A stretch of 64,000 nucleotides of DNA from Chitinophagales bacterium (GTDB lineage: Bacteria; Bacteroidota; Bacteroidia; Chitinophagales; JADJOU01), in contig JBEIDU010000003.1 in the NCBI GenBank assembly GCA_040383345.1, positions 8,336-72,335 of the forward strand. Direction: 5' to 3'. Under the pieces are notes generated by a model. It was not told the origin of the DNA, did no database searches, and saw only the letters and a list, made by a program, of their open reading frames with translations. Positions 55,335 to 63,950 of the stretch are shown piece by piece. Every line of letters starts with the position of its first letter. The first letter of the stretch is position 1. The translations under genes and the position numbers were made by a program.

Positions 55335-55662
55335 ATGTAGCCTTTTATTAAGAGATTTGTGATGTTTTGAATATTCTTTTTTAGGATAATACCGTTCATG
55401 TAATTAATATAGTCCAATTTTAATTGTACTATATGCTTGTTATGACGGCATTTACCACTCTGAATTTACAAAATATTTTGGACTATTTTATAAGAAAGTT
55501 TGGTATAATAGGTGTTGATTTGTTCCTGAAATCCTCCGTCATCCTCGAAAATTTTCAGCAACAATATAATATACCTGTAAGCCTAATCTTATTTGAAAAT
55601 TTATCGGGGATCTCTTCCTTTATCGTCTATAATCTAATATCTATTATCTAAAGTCTAAAAAA

Positions 55663-56841
55663 CTATTCCTCCAATAGCTTTAGCCCCATTTTCGCCATTG
55701 AAAAAGCGCCAATCGCTAGCGCTGCTTCGTCTATGTCAAATTTTGGATTATGAACTGTAGCAGTAATGTTTTTAGCAATATTACCCGTTCCCAACCTAAA
55801 GAAAGAAGATGGTATTTGATGTCCATACGCCGAAAAATCTTCTGCACCCATTCGAATGGGCATTTCTACTACATTTTCCTTCCCTAGAATTTTGCTAGCG
55901 GTATTTTGGATAATTTCTGTAATCTTGTCGTCATTATTTACATAAGAAAGCCCTTTTGGGATATCTATTGTACAACTTCCACCAAAGCTCTCTGCTATAT
56001 TTTGACTAATGGAATTAATTTTTGAATGCAAAACCTCGCGCCATGCTTCGTCAAAAGTTCTCAAAGTTCCTTTCAATGTTACTTTTTCAGGGATGATATT
56101 GGTAGCTCCAAAGCCGTGAATATCGCCAAAACTCAATACGGTAGGTGTAGTAGGATTGCTGTATCTGCTCACCAATTGTTGTAATGCTACAAGAATATTT
56201 GCAGAGATAATAATAGGATCAATACATAAATGTGGAGATGCAGCATGGCCTCCTTTTCCGTGAACGGTTATGTATATTTCATCGGCGCTAGCCATAAATT
56301 TTCCCTTTCGAAAACCCAATTTCCCCGTTTCTAATTCTGGCGTCACATGAAGTCCTATGATAGAATATACGATAGGATTAGCCAATGCGCCTGCCTCAAT
56401 CAACGCTTCGGCGCCACTAGGTTGTTTTTCCTCACTGGGTTGAAATATTAGTTTTATAGTGCCTTCAAAATCCGCTTTATGTTCCCACAAGTATTTTGCA
56501 GCTCCCAAAAGACATGTACTGTGAACATCGTGCCCACATGCATGCATAATGCCCTCTTTGGTGCTCTTGTATTCGCAAGTATTGGCTTCTTGTATAGGTA
56601 GCGCATCAATATCTGCGCGTAAGGCTACACATTTTTTAGTGGGATTTTTCCCTTCTATCAAAGCTATAAGTCCTGTTTTGAGAGGCTTTTGAATGGCTGT
56701 AATGCCTATTTTTCGCAATTCCTGCTCTATATATGCAGTGGTTTCATATTCTTCCCAGCTCAGTTCAGGAAATTTATGCATATGTCTTCGCCAAGATAGC
56801 AAAGATTCGTAATATTGATTTTGAAATTGCTCTAAATTCAT
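55663..56841 (-). CDS. M20-family amidohydrolase (N-acyl-L-amino-acid amidohydrolase / hippurate hydrolase-like)
   Basis: 392 aa. It has LRADIDALP, MHACGHDVH and GGHAASPH, typical of M20D enzymes. Confidence 0.9.
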   Translation of the reverse strand: MNLEQFQNQYYESLLSWRRHMHKFPELSWEEYETTAYIEQELRKIGITAIQKPLKTGLIALIEGKNPTKKCVALRADIDALPIQEANTCEYKSTKEGIMHACGHDVHSTCLLGAAKYLWEHKADFEGTIKLIFQPSEEKQPSGAEALIEAGALANPIVYSIIGLHVTPELETGKLGFRKGKFMASADEIYITVHGKGGHAASPHLCIDPIIISANILVALQQLVSRYSNPTTPTVLSFGDIHGFGATNIIPEKVTLKGTLRTFDEAWREVLHSKINSISQNIAESFGGSCTIDIPKGLSYVNNDDKITEIIQNTASKILGKENVVEMPIRMGAEDFSAYGHQIPSSFFRLGTGNIAKNITATVHNPKFDIDEAALAIGAFSMAKMGLKLLEE

Positions 56842-56869
56842 ATTGCGTTTATTTATTGTATATTTTCTA

Positions 56870-57556
56870 TTACATTTCCCATTTTACATAATGGATATGA
56901 CTTCCCATTCCCTGATGCAGTTTCTCATAATATGTTTGAATACGAAGATAATCCTCTATTTTTTTATTGCTAGCATATATATCCTCTAGGCATACGTGTA
57001 TTTTTTCGCCTCTTCCGTCCAGCACGCCTACGCCGTAGCGAAATAGACGCATATTGTCCGTTTTGAGGTGATACATGATTTTTTTTGAAGCAAAATGTGC
57101 TTTGTAATAATCCAAAAATTTAGGAGAAATTAATCGATTTCTTCTATCCGAAAAACTAGGAAAAGGATCTGGAAATGTAATCCAAACCTCCGAAACTTCA
57201 TCTTTTGCAAAAAAATGATGCAATTGGTCTATGCCCGTACGAACAAAACATACGTTTTTCAATCCCTCGTCCAGCGCCATTTGCGCCCCCGAATAGATTC
57301 TATTTCCTTTGATATCCACACCTATATAATTGATGTTAGGATTGCGGCGAGCCAGTTCTACGGTATATTCCCCTTTGCCACAGGCCAATTCAAAAACAAT
57401 AGGATTTGTATTCTTAAAAATATCCGAATGCCACTTGCCGCTGGTAGCTAATTCCTTGCCACACGAAATCAAAACAGGATTGTGAAACGAATTGTTTTCA
57501 AATACATGAGGCATATGGTGAATGGCTTCAAATTTTGCAAGCTTGGATAGAGACAT
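56870..57556 (-). CDS. trmB: tRNA (guanine46-N7)-methyltransferase
   Basis: It has ELACGKGEYTVELA (SAM motif) and WITFPDPFP. The ORF-track TTG start at 57583 lies inside the -7 box (57581-57588). ATG 57556 gives MSLSKLAKFEAI... Confidence 0.9.
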   Translation of the reverse strand: MSLSKLAKFEAIHHMPHVFENNSFHNPVLISCGKELATSGKWHSDIFKNTNPIVFELACGKGEYTVELARRNPNINYIGVDIKGNRIYSGAQMALDEGLKNVCFVRTGIDQLHHFFAKDEVSEVWITFPDPFPSFSDRRNRLISPKFLDYYKAHFASKKIMYHLKTDNMRLFRYGVGVLDGRGEKIHVCLEDIYASNKKIEDYLRIQTYYEKLHQGMGSHIHYVKWEM

Positions 57557-57580
57557 ATCAGTATCAAAAATTCTATTTTG

Positions 57581-57588
57581 CAAATATA
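57581..57588 (-). promoter_or_regulatory. -7 promoter box for the trmB-amidohydrolase unit
   Basis: Plus-strand caaatata is TATATTTG on the minus strand. It overlaps the ORF-track TTG start and lies 24 nt upstream of ATG 57556. Confidence 0.55.
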
Positions 57589-57709
57589 AGCATTTGATTT
57601 CAAATCAAAAAACCTGGTTTGTTTTTATTATATATAACTTTAGAGATTTTATTATTTGCATTTTTGCATTCAGCTCTTTTTCCATATTGTCAATTTCCCT
57701 ATTATTTCT

Positions 57710-57717
57710 TATCTTTG
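57710..57717 (+). promoter_or_regulatory. -7 promoter box for the DUF4175-like gene
   Basis: TATCTTTG, 28 nt upstream of TTG 57746 and inside the longer ORF-track frame. Confidence 0.5.
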
Positions 57718-57745
57718 TCTTTTTGAAGCAAAAAAGGATAAAGAT

Positions 57746-60700
57746 TTGACACCATACCAACTTTTAATAGCCAAGTTACAAGACTTTATCAAAAAATACT
57801 ATCAACAAAAATTGATATATGGTATTTTGATGATGGGGCTTATTTTGTTGCCACTTTTTTTGGTGTCGTCTACGCTGGAATACAATTTGTATTTGTCGGG
57901 GGGCGTTCGTGCCGCTATGTTTTGGATATGGATTTTGGTGCTTTTGTGGGCCTTGTTTTTTTATATTATCAAGCCTTTGTACCATTTTTTTTATACGCAG
58001 CATCGCCTCGATTTCAAAAAGGCTTCTGTTATCATTGGTGCGCATTTTCCTGAGGTAAAAGATAAGCTTCTAAACGTACTTCAACTCAATGAACTCAGAA
58101 CGTCTGTAGCCGAATCGGAATTGATAAATGCCGCAATTGAACAAAAAATAAATGGGCTAAAATGGGTACAGTTTACAAAAGCAATTGATTGGGATAAGAA
58201 TAAAAAATTGCTTACATATATCAGTATTCCGCTGGCTATCATATTGTTGATGTTGTTGTTTTTTCCTTCGTTTATCCAAGAGAGTACGCACCGGATCATT
58301 CATTATGACCAACATTTTGAACCCAAAGCGCCTTTTGATTTCAAATTGCTCAATTCAAATTTGAAGGTAGTAGAATATGGCGATTTGGAAATTCAAGCGC
58401 AGTTTGTAGGTAAATCCTTACCCAATGAAATGAATTTGTATTTTGGAGGCAAGTATTTCCTTATGAAAAAAGACAAGAATGGAACATTTAAAGGGGATTT
58501 GAAATATATTTCCGAAGAGCGAACGTTTCAGCTTGAAGGTGCGGGCTACAAAAGTCAGGTTTATGAAATTAAAGTAGTGCCCAAGCCCATTGTGTTGGCG
58601 TTAGAGTTGACGATTATACCGCCGAGCTATACAGGACAAAAATCTTTTTCGCAAAAGGATAATGGCGATATTTCGGCACCTGAAGGCAGTACCATTATTT
58701 GGAAATTTGATACAAAAAGTGTAGATGATATTCAATTTGTTTTTCCAGCTTCTACCGTTTCTGCACAAAAATTCGCAAATGGATTTGGGCTCAAACGAGC
58801 TTTGAAAAATATTACGTCTTATGCAGTAGTGATTGGAAACAAAGAGTTTTTGAAGAAAGATACGATGCGTTTTGCGGTGAATATGCTGCCTGACCAAGCG
58901 CCTTCTATTTTTGTAAAAGAATTCAAAGATTCGGCACGAAATCTTAATTATTATGCGGGAGATATTGCGGATGATTATGGTTTTACAAAATTGCAGTTGG
59001 CCGTAGAATACGAATCCAACGGAAAACGCTATACCTTACGCTATAATTTGCCCTTGCAGGGAAATAAAAACCAATCCTTTCAGACACCGCTTCAGCCTTA
59101 TATAGACAAAATTCCTGTAGGTGCCAAGGCGAGTTATTTCTTTGAGGTTTTTGATAATGATATTGTCAATGGATTCAAATCCACACGTTCGGAAACATTT
59201 TCGCTATACAAGCCTACGCTAGACCAGCAATCAAAAGCTATTGATGCAAAATCCAATGCCATTAAAAGCGATTTGTCGGGTGCGCTAAAAGAGGCAAAAG
59301 ATTTGCAAAAAGATATAGAATCGCTCCGAAAAAAAATGCTTGAAAAGAAGCAAATGGACTGGAATGATAAGCAACAATTGGAAAATTTGCTCAAAAAACA
59401 AAAAGAACTTCAAGAAAAAATAAAAGAGACGCAACAGGAATTAAAGGAAAATTTTGAGAAAAAAAATGAACTGACGCAGCAAGATAAAGATATTCTGGAA
59501 AAACAAAAACAACTGGAAGAACTTATCAAACAAGTGAGCAGTCCTGAGATGAACGACATGCTGAAAAAAATGCAGGAAATGATGGAGCAAATGGATAAAA
59601 AAGATTTGCTCAATCAACTAGAAAAGATGGACGATAAAAGCGAAAAACTAGAAAAAGAGCTGGATAGAATGTTGAATTTATACAAAAATTTGGACTATCA
59701 GCAAAAAATGAAAGATGCTCAAGACAAGCTGGACAAAATGGCTGCCGACCAAGAACGATTGAGTAAAGAGTCCGAGCAGAATATTAACAATGCCGAGAAA
59801 CAGAAAGAGTTGAATAAAAAAATGGATGAGGCAAAAGAGGATTTGAAAAAATTGGAAAATTTGAGTAAAGAACTTAAAAAACCAGGTGACGAAAAAGCAT
59901 TTGACGATATAGAAAAAGACTTGAAAGAGGCCGAAAAAGAACAAGATGAAGCCAAAGAAGATTTGGAGCAAAATGATAAAAAAGATGCAGCCAAAAAACA
60001 AAAAAAGGCTTCGGACAAGATAAAAGAAGCGTCGGAAAAATTGAAAAAAGCAGCCAAAAAACAGAAAAAACAACAAAACAAAGAAGATGCCGCAGCAATG
60101 CGTCGCTTGCTTGAAAATTTGATGTATCTGTCGTTTGCACAAGAAAAATTAGTGGAAAATACAAAAACTACCAATATTCAATCACCTGTGTATCCAAAAG
60201 TGATTCAAGAACAAAAAAAGATTAAGGATGATTTTGGAATGATAGAGGATTCATTGTATAAATTAGCTTCAAGGCAAAATGTGGTTAAGAAAATGATTTT
60301 TGAAGAAGTCGAAAAAATCAATGGTTTTACAAAACGTTCTATAAATTTTTTGACCGAAAGACAAGTGCCAAATGCGATTCCGCAAGAGCAATTTGCTATG
60401 ACTAGTTTTAATAACTTGGCATTGATGCTCAGTGAATCGCTCCGAAAAATGAATGAAAATGATGAGGACGACTCCGATTCGGATCAATCATGTGATAACC
60501 CAAAGAAAAGTAAAAAGAAAAAACCAGCTAGCGCAAAGAAATTGGCCGAAATGCAGCAAGAGCTCAATCAGCAATTGGAAAATTTGAAAAAACAAATGGA
60601 AGGGAAAGAAAATCCTGGAGGGGGAATGCCAAGTAAAATGAGTGGAGGAAAAGAAGGTATGAGTCAACAACTAGCAAAAATAGCTGCGCAACAAGCGGCT

Positions 60701-61093
60701 ATTCGTAATGCCTTGAAAGAATTGGAAAATAAAGCCAATCAGCCGGGTAAAGATGGTAAAAAGCCTTTGGGAGAAGGATTGGGTGATGCAATTCAAAAAA
60801 TGGAGCAAACCGAAAAGGAAATAGTGAATAAAAAAGTATACAATGAAATGCTGAAAAGACAAAAAGAGATTGAAATAAAATTGCTGGAAGCTGCAAAAGC
60901 AGAAAGAGAACAAGATGAGGAAAATAAGCGTGAAAGTCAATCCACAAAAGAAATTCCAGCACCTATTCCCGCTGAGTTGAAAAAATATTTGGAACAGAAA
61001 AAAGAAAATGAAAATAATTTGAAGAAAAATCCCGTTGGATTGACACCATTCTATAAGTCATTGGTGGAAAAATACTTTGAAATGTTGAAGTAA
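57746..61093 (+). CDS. giant membrane-anchored coiled-coil protein (DUF4175-like), function unknown
   Basis: There are three N-terminal helices (LIYGILMMGLILLPLFLVSS, AAMFWIWILVLLWALFFYII, LLTYISIPLAIILLMLLFF) and a ~330-aa beta-rich region. About 600 aa of Lys/Glu/Gln-rich coiled coil follow. The preferred start is TTG 57746, the first start-like codon after the -7 box at 57710-57717; the ORF is open from 57656. Confidence 0.8.
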   Translation: MTPYQLLIAKLQDFIKKYYQQKLIYGILMMGLILLPLFLVSSTLEYNLYLSGGVRAAMFWIWILVLLWALFFYIIKPLYHFFYTQHRLDFKKASVIIGAHFPEVKDKLLNVLQLNELRTSVAESELINAAIEQKINGLKWVQFTKAIDWDKNKKLLTYISIPLAIILLMLLFFPSFIQESTHRIIHYDQHFEPKAPFDFKLLNSNLKVVEYGDLEIQAQFVGKSLPNEMNLYFGGKYFLMKKDKNGTFKGDLKYISEERTFQLEGAGYKSQVYEIKVVPKPIVLALELTIIPPSYTGQKSFSQKDNGDISAPEGSTIIWKFDTKSVDDIQFVFPASTVSAQKFANGFGLKRALKNITSYAVVIGNKEFLKKDTMRFAVNMLPDQAPSIFVKEFKDSARNLNYYAGDIADDYGFTKLQLAVEYESNGKRYTLRYNLPLQGNKNQSFQTPLQPYIDKIPVGAKASYFFEVFDNDIVNGFKSTRSETFSLYKPTLDQQSKAIDAKSNAIKSDLSGALKEAKDLQKDIESLRKKMLEKKQMDWNDKQQLENLLKKQKELQEKIKETQQELKENFEKKNELTQQDKDILEKQKQLEELIKQVSSPEMNDMLKKMQEMMEQMDKKDLLNQLEKMDDKSEKLEKELDRMLNLYKNLDYQQKMKDAQDKLDKMAADQERLSKESEQNINNAEKQKELNKKMDEAKEDLKKLENLSKELKKPGDEKAFDDIEKDLKEAEKEQDEAKEDLEQNDKKDAAKKQKKASDKIKEASEKLKKAAKKQKKQQNKEDAAAMRRLLENLMYLSFAQEKLVENTKTTNIQSPVYPKVIQEQKKIKDDFGMIEDSLYKLASRQNVVKKMIFEEVEKINGFTKRSINFLTERQVPNAIPQEQFAMTSFNNLALMLSESLRKMNENDEDDSDSDQSCDNPKKSKKKKPASAKKLAEMQQELNQQLENLKKQMEGKENPGGGMPSKMSGGKEGMSQQLAKIAAQQAAIRNALKELENKANQPGKDGKKPLGEGLGDAIQKMEQTEKEIVNKKVYNEMLKRQKEIEIKLLEAAKAEREQDEENKRESQSTKEIPAPIPAELKKYLEQKKENENNLKKNPVGLTPFYKSLVEKYFEMLK

Positions 61094-61100
61094 ACCGTTT

Positions 61101-61108
61101 TACTTTTG
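61101..61108 (+). promoter_or_regulatory. -7 promoter box for the GH73-LysM hydrolase
   Basis: TACTTTTG, 26 nt upstream of ATG 61135. Confidence 0.55.
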
Positions 61109-61134
61109 CAAAATAGTTAGAAAAAGAATAAGAA

Positions 61135-62409
61135 ATGATTAAAAAACAATATATAGTAGCTATATTAATGTTGCCTTTTGTACTTTTTGCTCAAAAAGCA
61201 ACTCGAGAGAGCTATATCGTAAAACATTATAAATTGGCCATTCGTGAGATGAATTTGTATAAAATTCCAGCATCGATTACCTTGGCGCAAGGTATTATAG
61301 AGACAAATAATGGCACTTCAAGATTGGCTGTAGAAGGCAATAATCACTTTGGGATCAAATGCCAAAAGGTATGGACTGGACCTACCATGACTCATGATGA
61401 TGATGCCAAAGGCGAATGTTTTCGAGTATATACTTCCGCAGAAGAATCGTATCGAGATCATTCCCTGTTTCTAACATCAAGAGATCGTTATAAACGATTG
61501 TTTAGCTATGACATAAAAGATTATAAGTCCTGGGCATATGGACTAAAAGAGGCGGGATATGCTACTAATCCTAATTACCCCCAAATGTTAATAAAGCATA
61601 TTGAAGAACTCAAATTGTATGAATATGATTTTTTTGGAACTAGTAATTCAGAAATAGATACTGCCAATAAGAATAATTTAGTTGCTCCAAACTTGACGTT
61701 AGATTCTGGAAAAAATTTAGTAGAATCGGGAAAAAATTTAGTAGAAGGTTCGTTGAAAGTTGCTTTAGATTCTATTGCGACAACTTTCTTGCCTTTTGTA
61801 ATTGTTAATGATAATTTTTCAATTGAAAAGGTGGCTGCAGAAAAAGGATTTACACGAAGAGAATTGATGATTTTCAATGAATGTGAAGGTGAACAAAATT
61901 TGATGAAAGGACAAAATTTCTTTCTTCAACGAAAAGAAATAAAATCCCATATTGCAGTACATGAGGCTAAATTAGGTGAAAGTATTTATGATATTTCTCA
62001 GATATATGGCATCAGACAAGAGAGTATTCGAAGATATAATAAATTGGAGAACTGGGAACAACCTCAGGTAGGAGAGGCTGTATTTCTAAATAGTGTAAGA
62101 AATACATATATGAAAACGAGAACATATTATGAATTGCAATCTGAGCGAGAAAAAATGCAGAAAGAAAAGATAGAAAATGAATTAAAAAATACCATAAAAC
62201 CTCAAAAAATTTATGTTCATAGTTCTAAGGATTCTTTAGTAATAAGTGATTCCCCTAAAATGGTAATTCATATTGTAAAAGCTAAAGAAACAATTTTCTC
62301 CTTAGCTAAAAAGTATGGATGTAAACCAGCAGAAATTAATAAATGGAATAATCTTGATGATGCACCCCTTCAATTAGGTCAAAAATTGACTATTAAGTTG
62401 AATGAGTAA
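61135..62409 (+). CDS. peptidoglycan hydrolase: N-acetylglucosaminidase (GH73) domain plus two LysM domains
   Basis: 424 aa with a signal peptide. GH73 block PASITLAQGIIETNNGTSRLAVEGNNHFGIKC. LysM 1 is HEAKLGESIYDISQIYGIRQESIRRYNKL and LysM 2 is HIVKAKETIFSLAKKYGCKPAEINKWNNL. Confidence 0.9.
   Translation: MIKKQYIVAILMLPFVLFAQKATRESYIVKHYKLAIREMNLYKIPASITLAQGIIETNNGTSRLAVEGNNHFGIKCQKVWTGPTMTHDDDAKGECFRVYTSAEESYRDHSLFLTSRDRYKRLFSYDIKDYKSWAYGLKEAGYATNPNYPQMLIKHIEELKLYEYDFFGTSNSEIDTANKNNLVAPNLTLDSGKNLVESGKNLVEGSLKVALDSIATTFLPFVIVNDNFSIEKVAAEKGFTRRELMIFNECEGEQNLMKGQNFFLQRKEIKSHIAVHEAKLGESIYDISQIYGIRQESIRRYNKLENWEQPQVGEAVFLNSVRNTYMKTRTYYELQSEREKMQKEKIENELKNTIKPQKIYVHSSKDSLVISDSPKMVIHIVKAKETIFSLAKKYGCKPAEINKWNNLDDAPLQLGQKLTIKLNE
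61708..61749 (+). repeat. 2 x 21-bp in-frame tandem duplication in the linker of the peptidoglycan hydrolase
   Basis: ggaaaaaatttagtagaatcg / ggaaaaaatttagtagaaggt, with the first 18 of 21 nt identical. It encodes GKNLVES-GKNLVEG. Confidence 0.85.
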
Positions 62410-62422
62410 TTTATAGTTTTTA

Positions 62423-63235
62423 TTATACACTTACCCCAAAATCTCTCAACGCATTATTCAATGATGTTTTGAGGTCTGTAGAAGCCGTTCGTTTGCCAAT
62501 AATCAAAGCACAAGGAACTTGGAAGGTGCCAGCAGGAAACTCTTTTGGGATAGAACCTGGAATTACCACTGAGCGCTCAGGTACATAGCCTTTGTATTCT
62601 ATAGGTTTTTCGCCTGTAATATCGATAATTTTTGTAGATGCTGTTAAGACTACATTTGCGCCCAAAACCGCTTCTTTCCCTATTTTTACACCTTCCACTA
62701 CGATACAACGGCTTCCTAGAAATGCGCCATCTTCTACTATTACAGGGGCTGCCTGAGGGGGTTCCAAAACCCCGCCTATTCCAACGCCACCGCTCAAGTG
62801 TACATGTTTGCCTATTTGAGCACAACTGCCCACAGTAGCCCAAGTGTCTACCATGGTCCCTTCGCCTACATAAGCGCCCAAATTGACATAAGAAGGCATA
62901 AGCACTACGCCTTTTTCCATAAAACTTCCATAGCGAGCTATAGCGTGTGGAACCGCTCTAACACCTTGACTTTCATAGTCTTTTTTTAATGGGATTTTAT
63001 CAAAAAATTCAATTTCGTCGCAGATATTAATGGTGCGCATTTCCATAATGCCAAAATAAAGCAAAATTGCTTTTTTTGCCCACTCGTTTACTTTCCATCC
63101 GGATTCAGTAGGTTCTGCTACACGCAATTTGCCTTTGTCTAGCCATTCCATTGCCTCCAAAACCGCTTGTTTGTTATCGTTCAAAAGACTACGGTCTTCC
63201 CATATTTTTTCTATTATTTCTTGAGTCGCTATCAT
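62423..63235 (-). CDS. dapD: 2,3,4,5-tetrahydropyridine-2,6-dicarboxylate N-succinyltransferase
   Basis: 270 aa. The N-terminal helical domain is followed by left-handed beta-helix hexapeptide repeats (GAYVGEGTMVDTWATVGSCAQIGKHVHLSGGVGIGGVLEP). Confidence 0.93.
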   Translation of the reverse strand: MIATQEIIEKIWEDRSLLNDNKQAVLEAMEWLDKGKLRVAEPTESGWKVNEWAKKAILLYFGIMEMRTINICDEIEFFDKIPLKKDYESQGVRAVPHAIARYGSFMEKGVVLMPSYVNLGAYVGEGTMVDTWATVGSCAQIGKHVHLSGGVGIGGVLEPPQAAPVIVEDGAFLGSRCIVVEGVKIGKEAVLGANVVLTASTKIIDITGEKPIEYKGYVPERSVVIPGSIPKEFPAGTFQVPCALIIGKRTASTDLKTSLNNALRDFGVSV

Positions 63236-63259
63236 TATTCTTATTTTATCCTAAAGGCA

Positions 63260-63267
63260 CAAAGGTA
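63260..63267 (-). promoter_or_regulatory. -7 promoter box for dapD
   Basis: Plus-strand caaaggta is TACCTTTG on the minus strand, 24 nt upstream of the start at 63235. Confidence 0.55.
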
Positions 63268-63352
63268 ATTAAAAAAAATTATTTTGTTTGGCCGTATATC
63301 TTCATTTATTTTTTGTAATATAGATTTTTGGAAAGTTCAAAATTATTCAGAT

Positions 63353-63360
63353 TAATTTTG
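63353..63360 (+). promoter_or_regulatory. -7 promoter box for the terminal membrane-protein gene
   Basis: TAATTTTG, 11-17 nt upstream of TTG 63372 / ATG 63378. Confidence 0.5.
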
Positions 63361-63377
63361 TTTCAATTTTTTTGATA

Positions 63378-63950
63378 ATGAAATTTTGGATTAAGCTTGT
63401 TTTTATCTTTTCGATTCCAATTCTTTGTGGAATTTCGGATAATTTTTTGCTTTTTACGCCAGATTTATTCTCAAAAGCCGAAAATTATCAATTCCTAAAA
63501 ACAATCTCAAAAGATCAACAAAAAATGGGTCTGTTATTGGGAATGATATGCATTCCAATGCTTTATTTGTGTTTTACTTTTTTGGCAACACAGCTAGACT
63601 TAGCATCACAAAAAGCACTTTTATCGTTACGAAAAATTGTTTTGGTGTTAATATTTATAGGTTGTTTGGTTCATACTATGTATTATTTTCTATTAGAATG
63701 GATACAGCTTTTACCTTATGTATTTTATTTTGCTAAAGGTTTGGAAATACTATTTGTAGTTAGTTTCTTGTTTTTTGCATATACATTATATCAAATTTCA
63801 AGTAAAAAACAGCATATCGATTTATACAAAATTCGATTTTTCAATCCTTTTGGCTATTTGATTTTATGTGTAATTTTTGCGTTAATTTACCCTTTAATGG
63901 GTATTCGATTCTTAATTTCAGCGTTTAATCTTTCTTTTTGTGGGTCTTGA
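63378..63950 (+). CDS. polytopic membrane protein, function unknown
   Basis: About 190 aa with 5-6 hydrophobic helices and no recognisable motif. TTG 63372 and ATG 63378 are both possible starts. A -7 box lies at 63353-63360. Confidence 0.5.
   Translation: MKFWIKLVFIFSIPILCGISDNFLLFTPDLFSKAENYQFLKTISKDQQKMGLLLGMICIPMLYLCFTFLATQLDLASQKALLSLRKIVLVLIFIGCLVHTMYYFLLEWIQLLPYVFYFAKGLEILFVVSFLFFAYTLYQISSKKQHIDLYKIRFFNPFGYLILCVIFALIYPLMGIRFLISAFNLSFCGS

Noticed and set aside
55424-55651. 75-aa plus-strand ORF in the rho-amidohydrolase spacer.
   Set aside because: It has a TTG start, no upstream -7 box, begins downstream of the rho terminator and has featureless composition. It is kept only as part of the empty-spacer observation.
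59678-60174. Three overlapping long minus-strand ORFs (151-154 aa and 96 aa), plus others at 60269-60962, antisense to the DUF4175-like gene.
   Set aside because: They are Phe/Leu/Ser/Cys-rich mirror images of the AAR/GAR-rich Lys/Glu coding strand, with no promoter boxes and no protein-like features. They are an artefact of low-complexity sequence.
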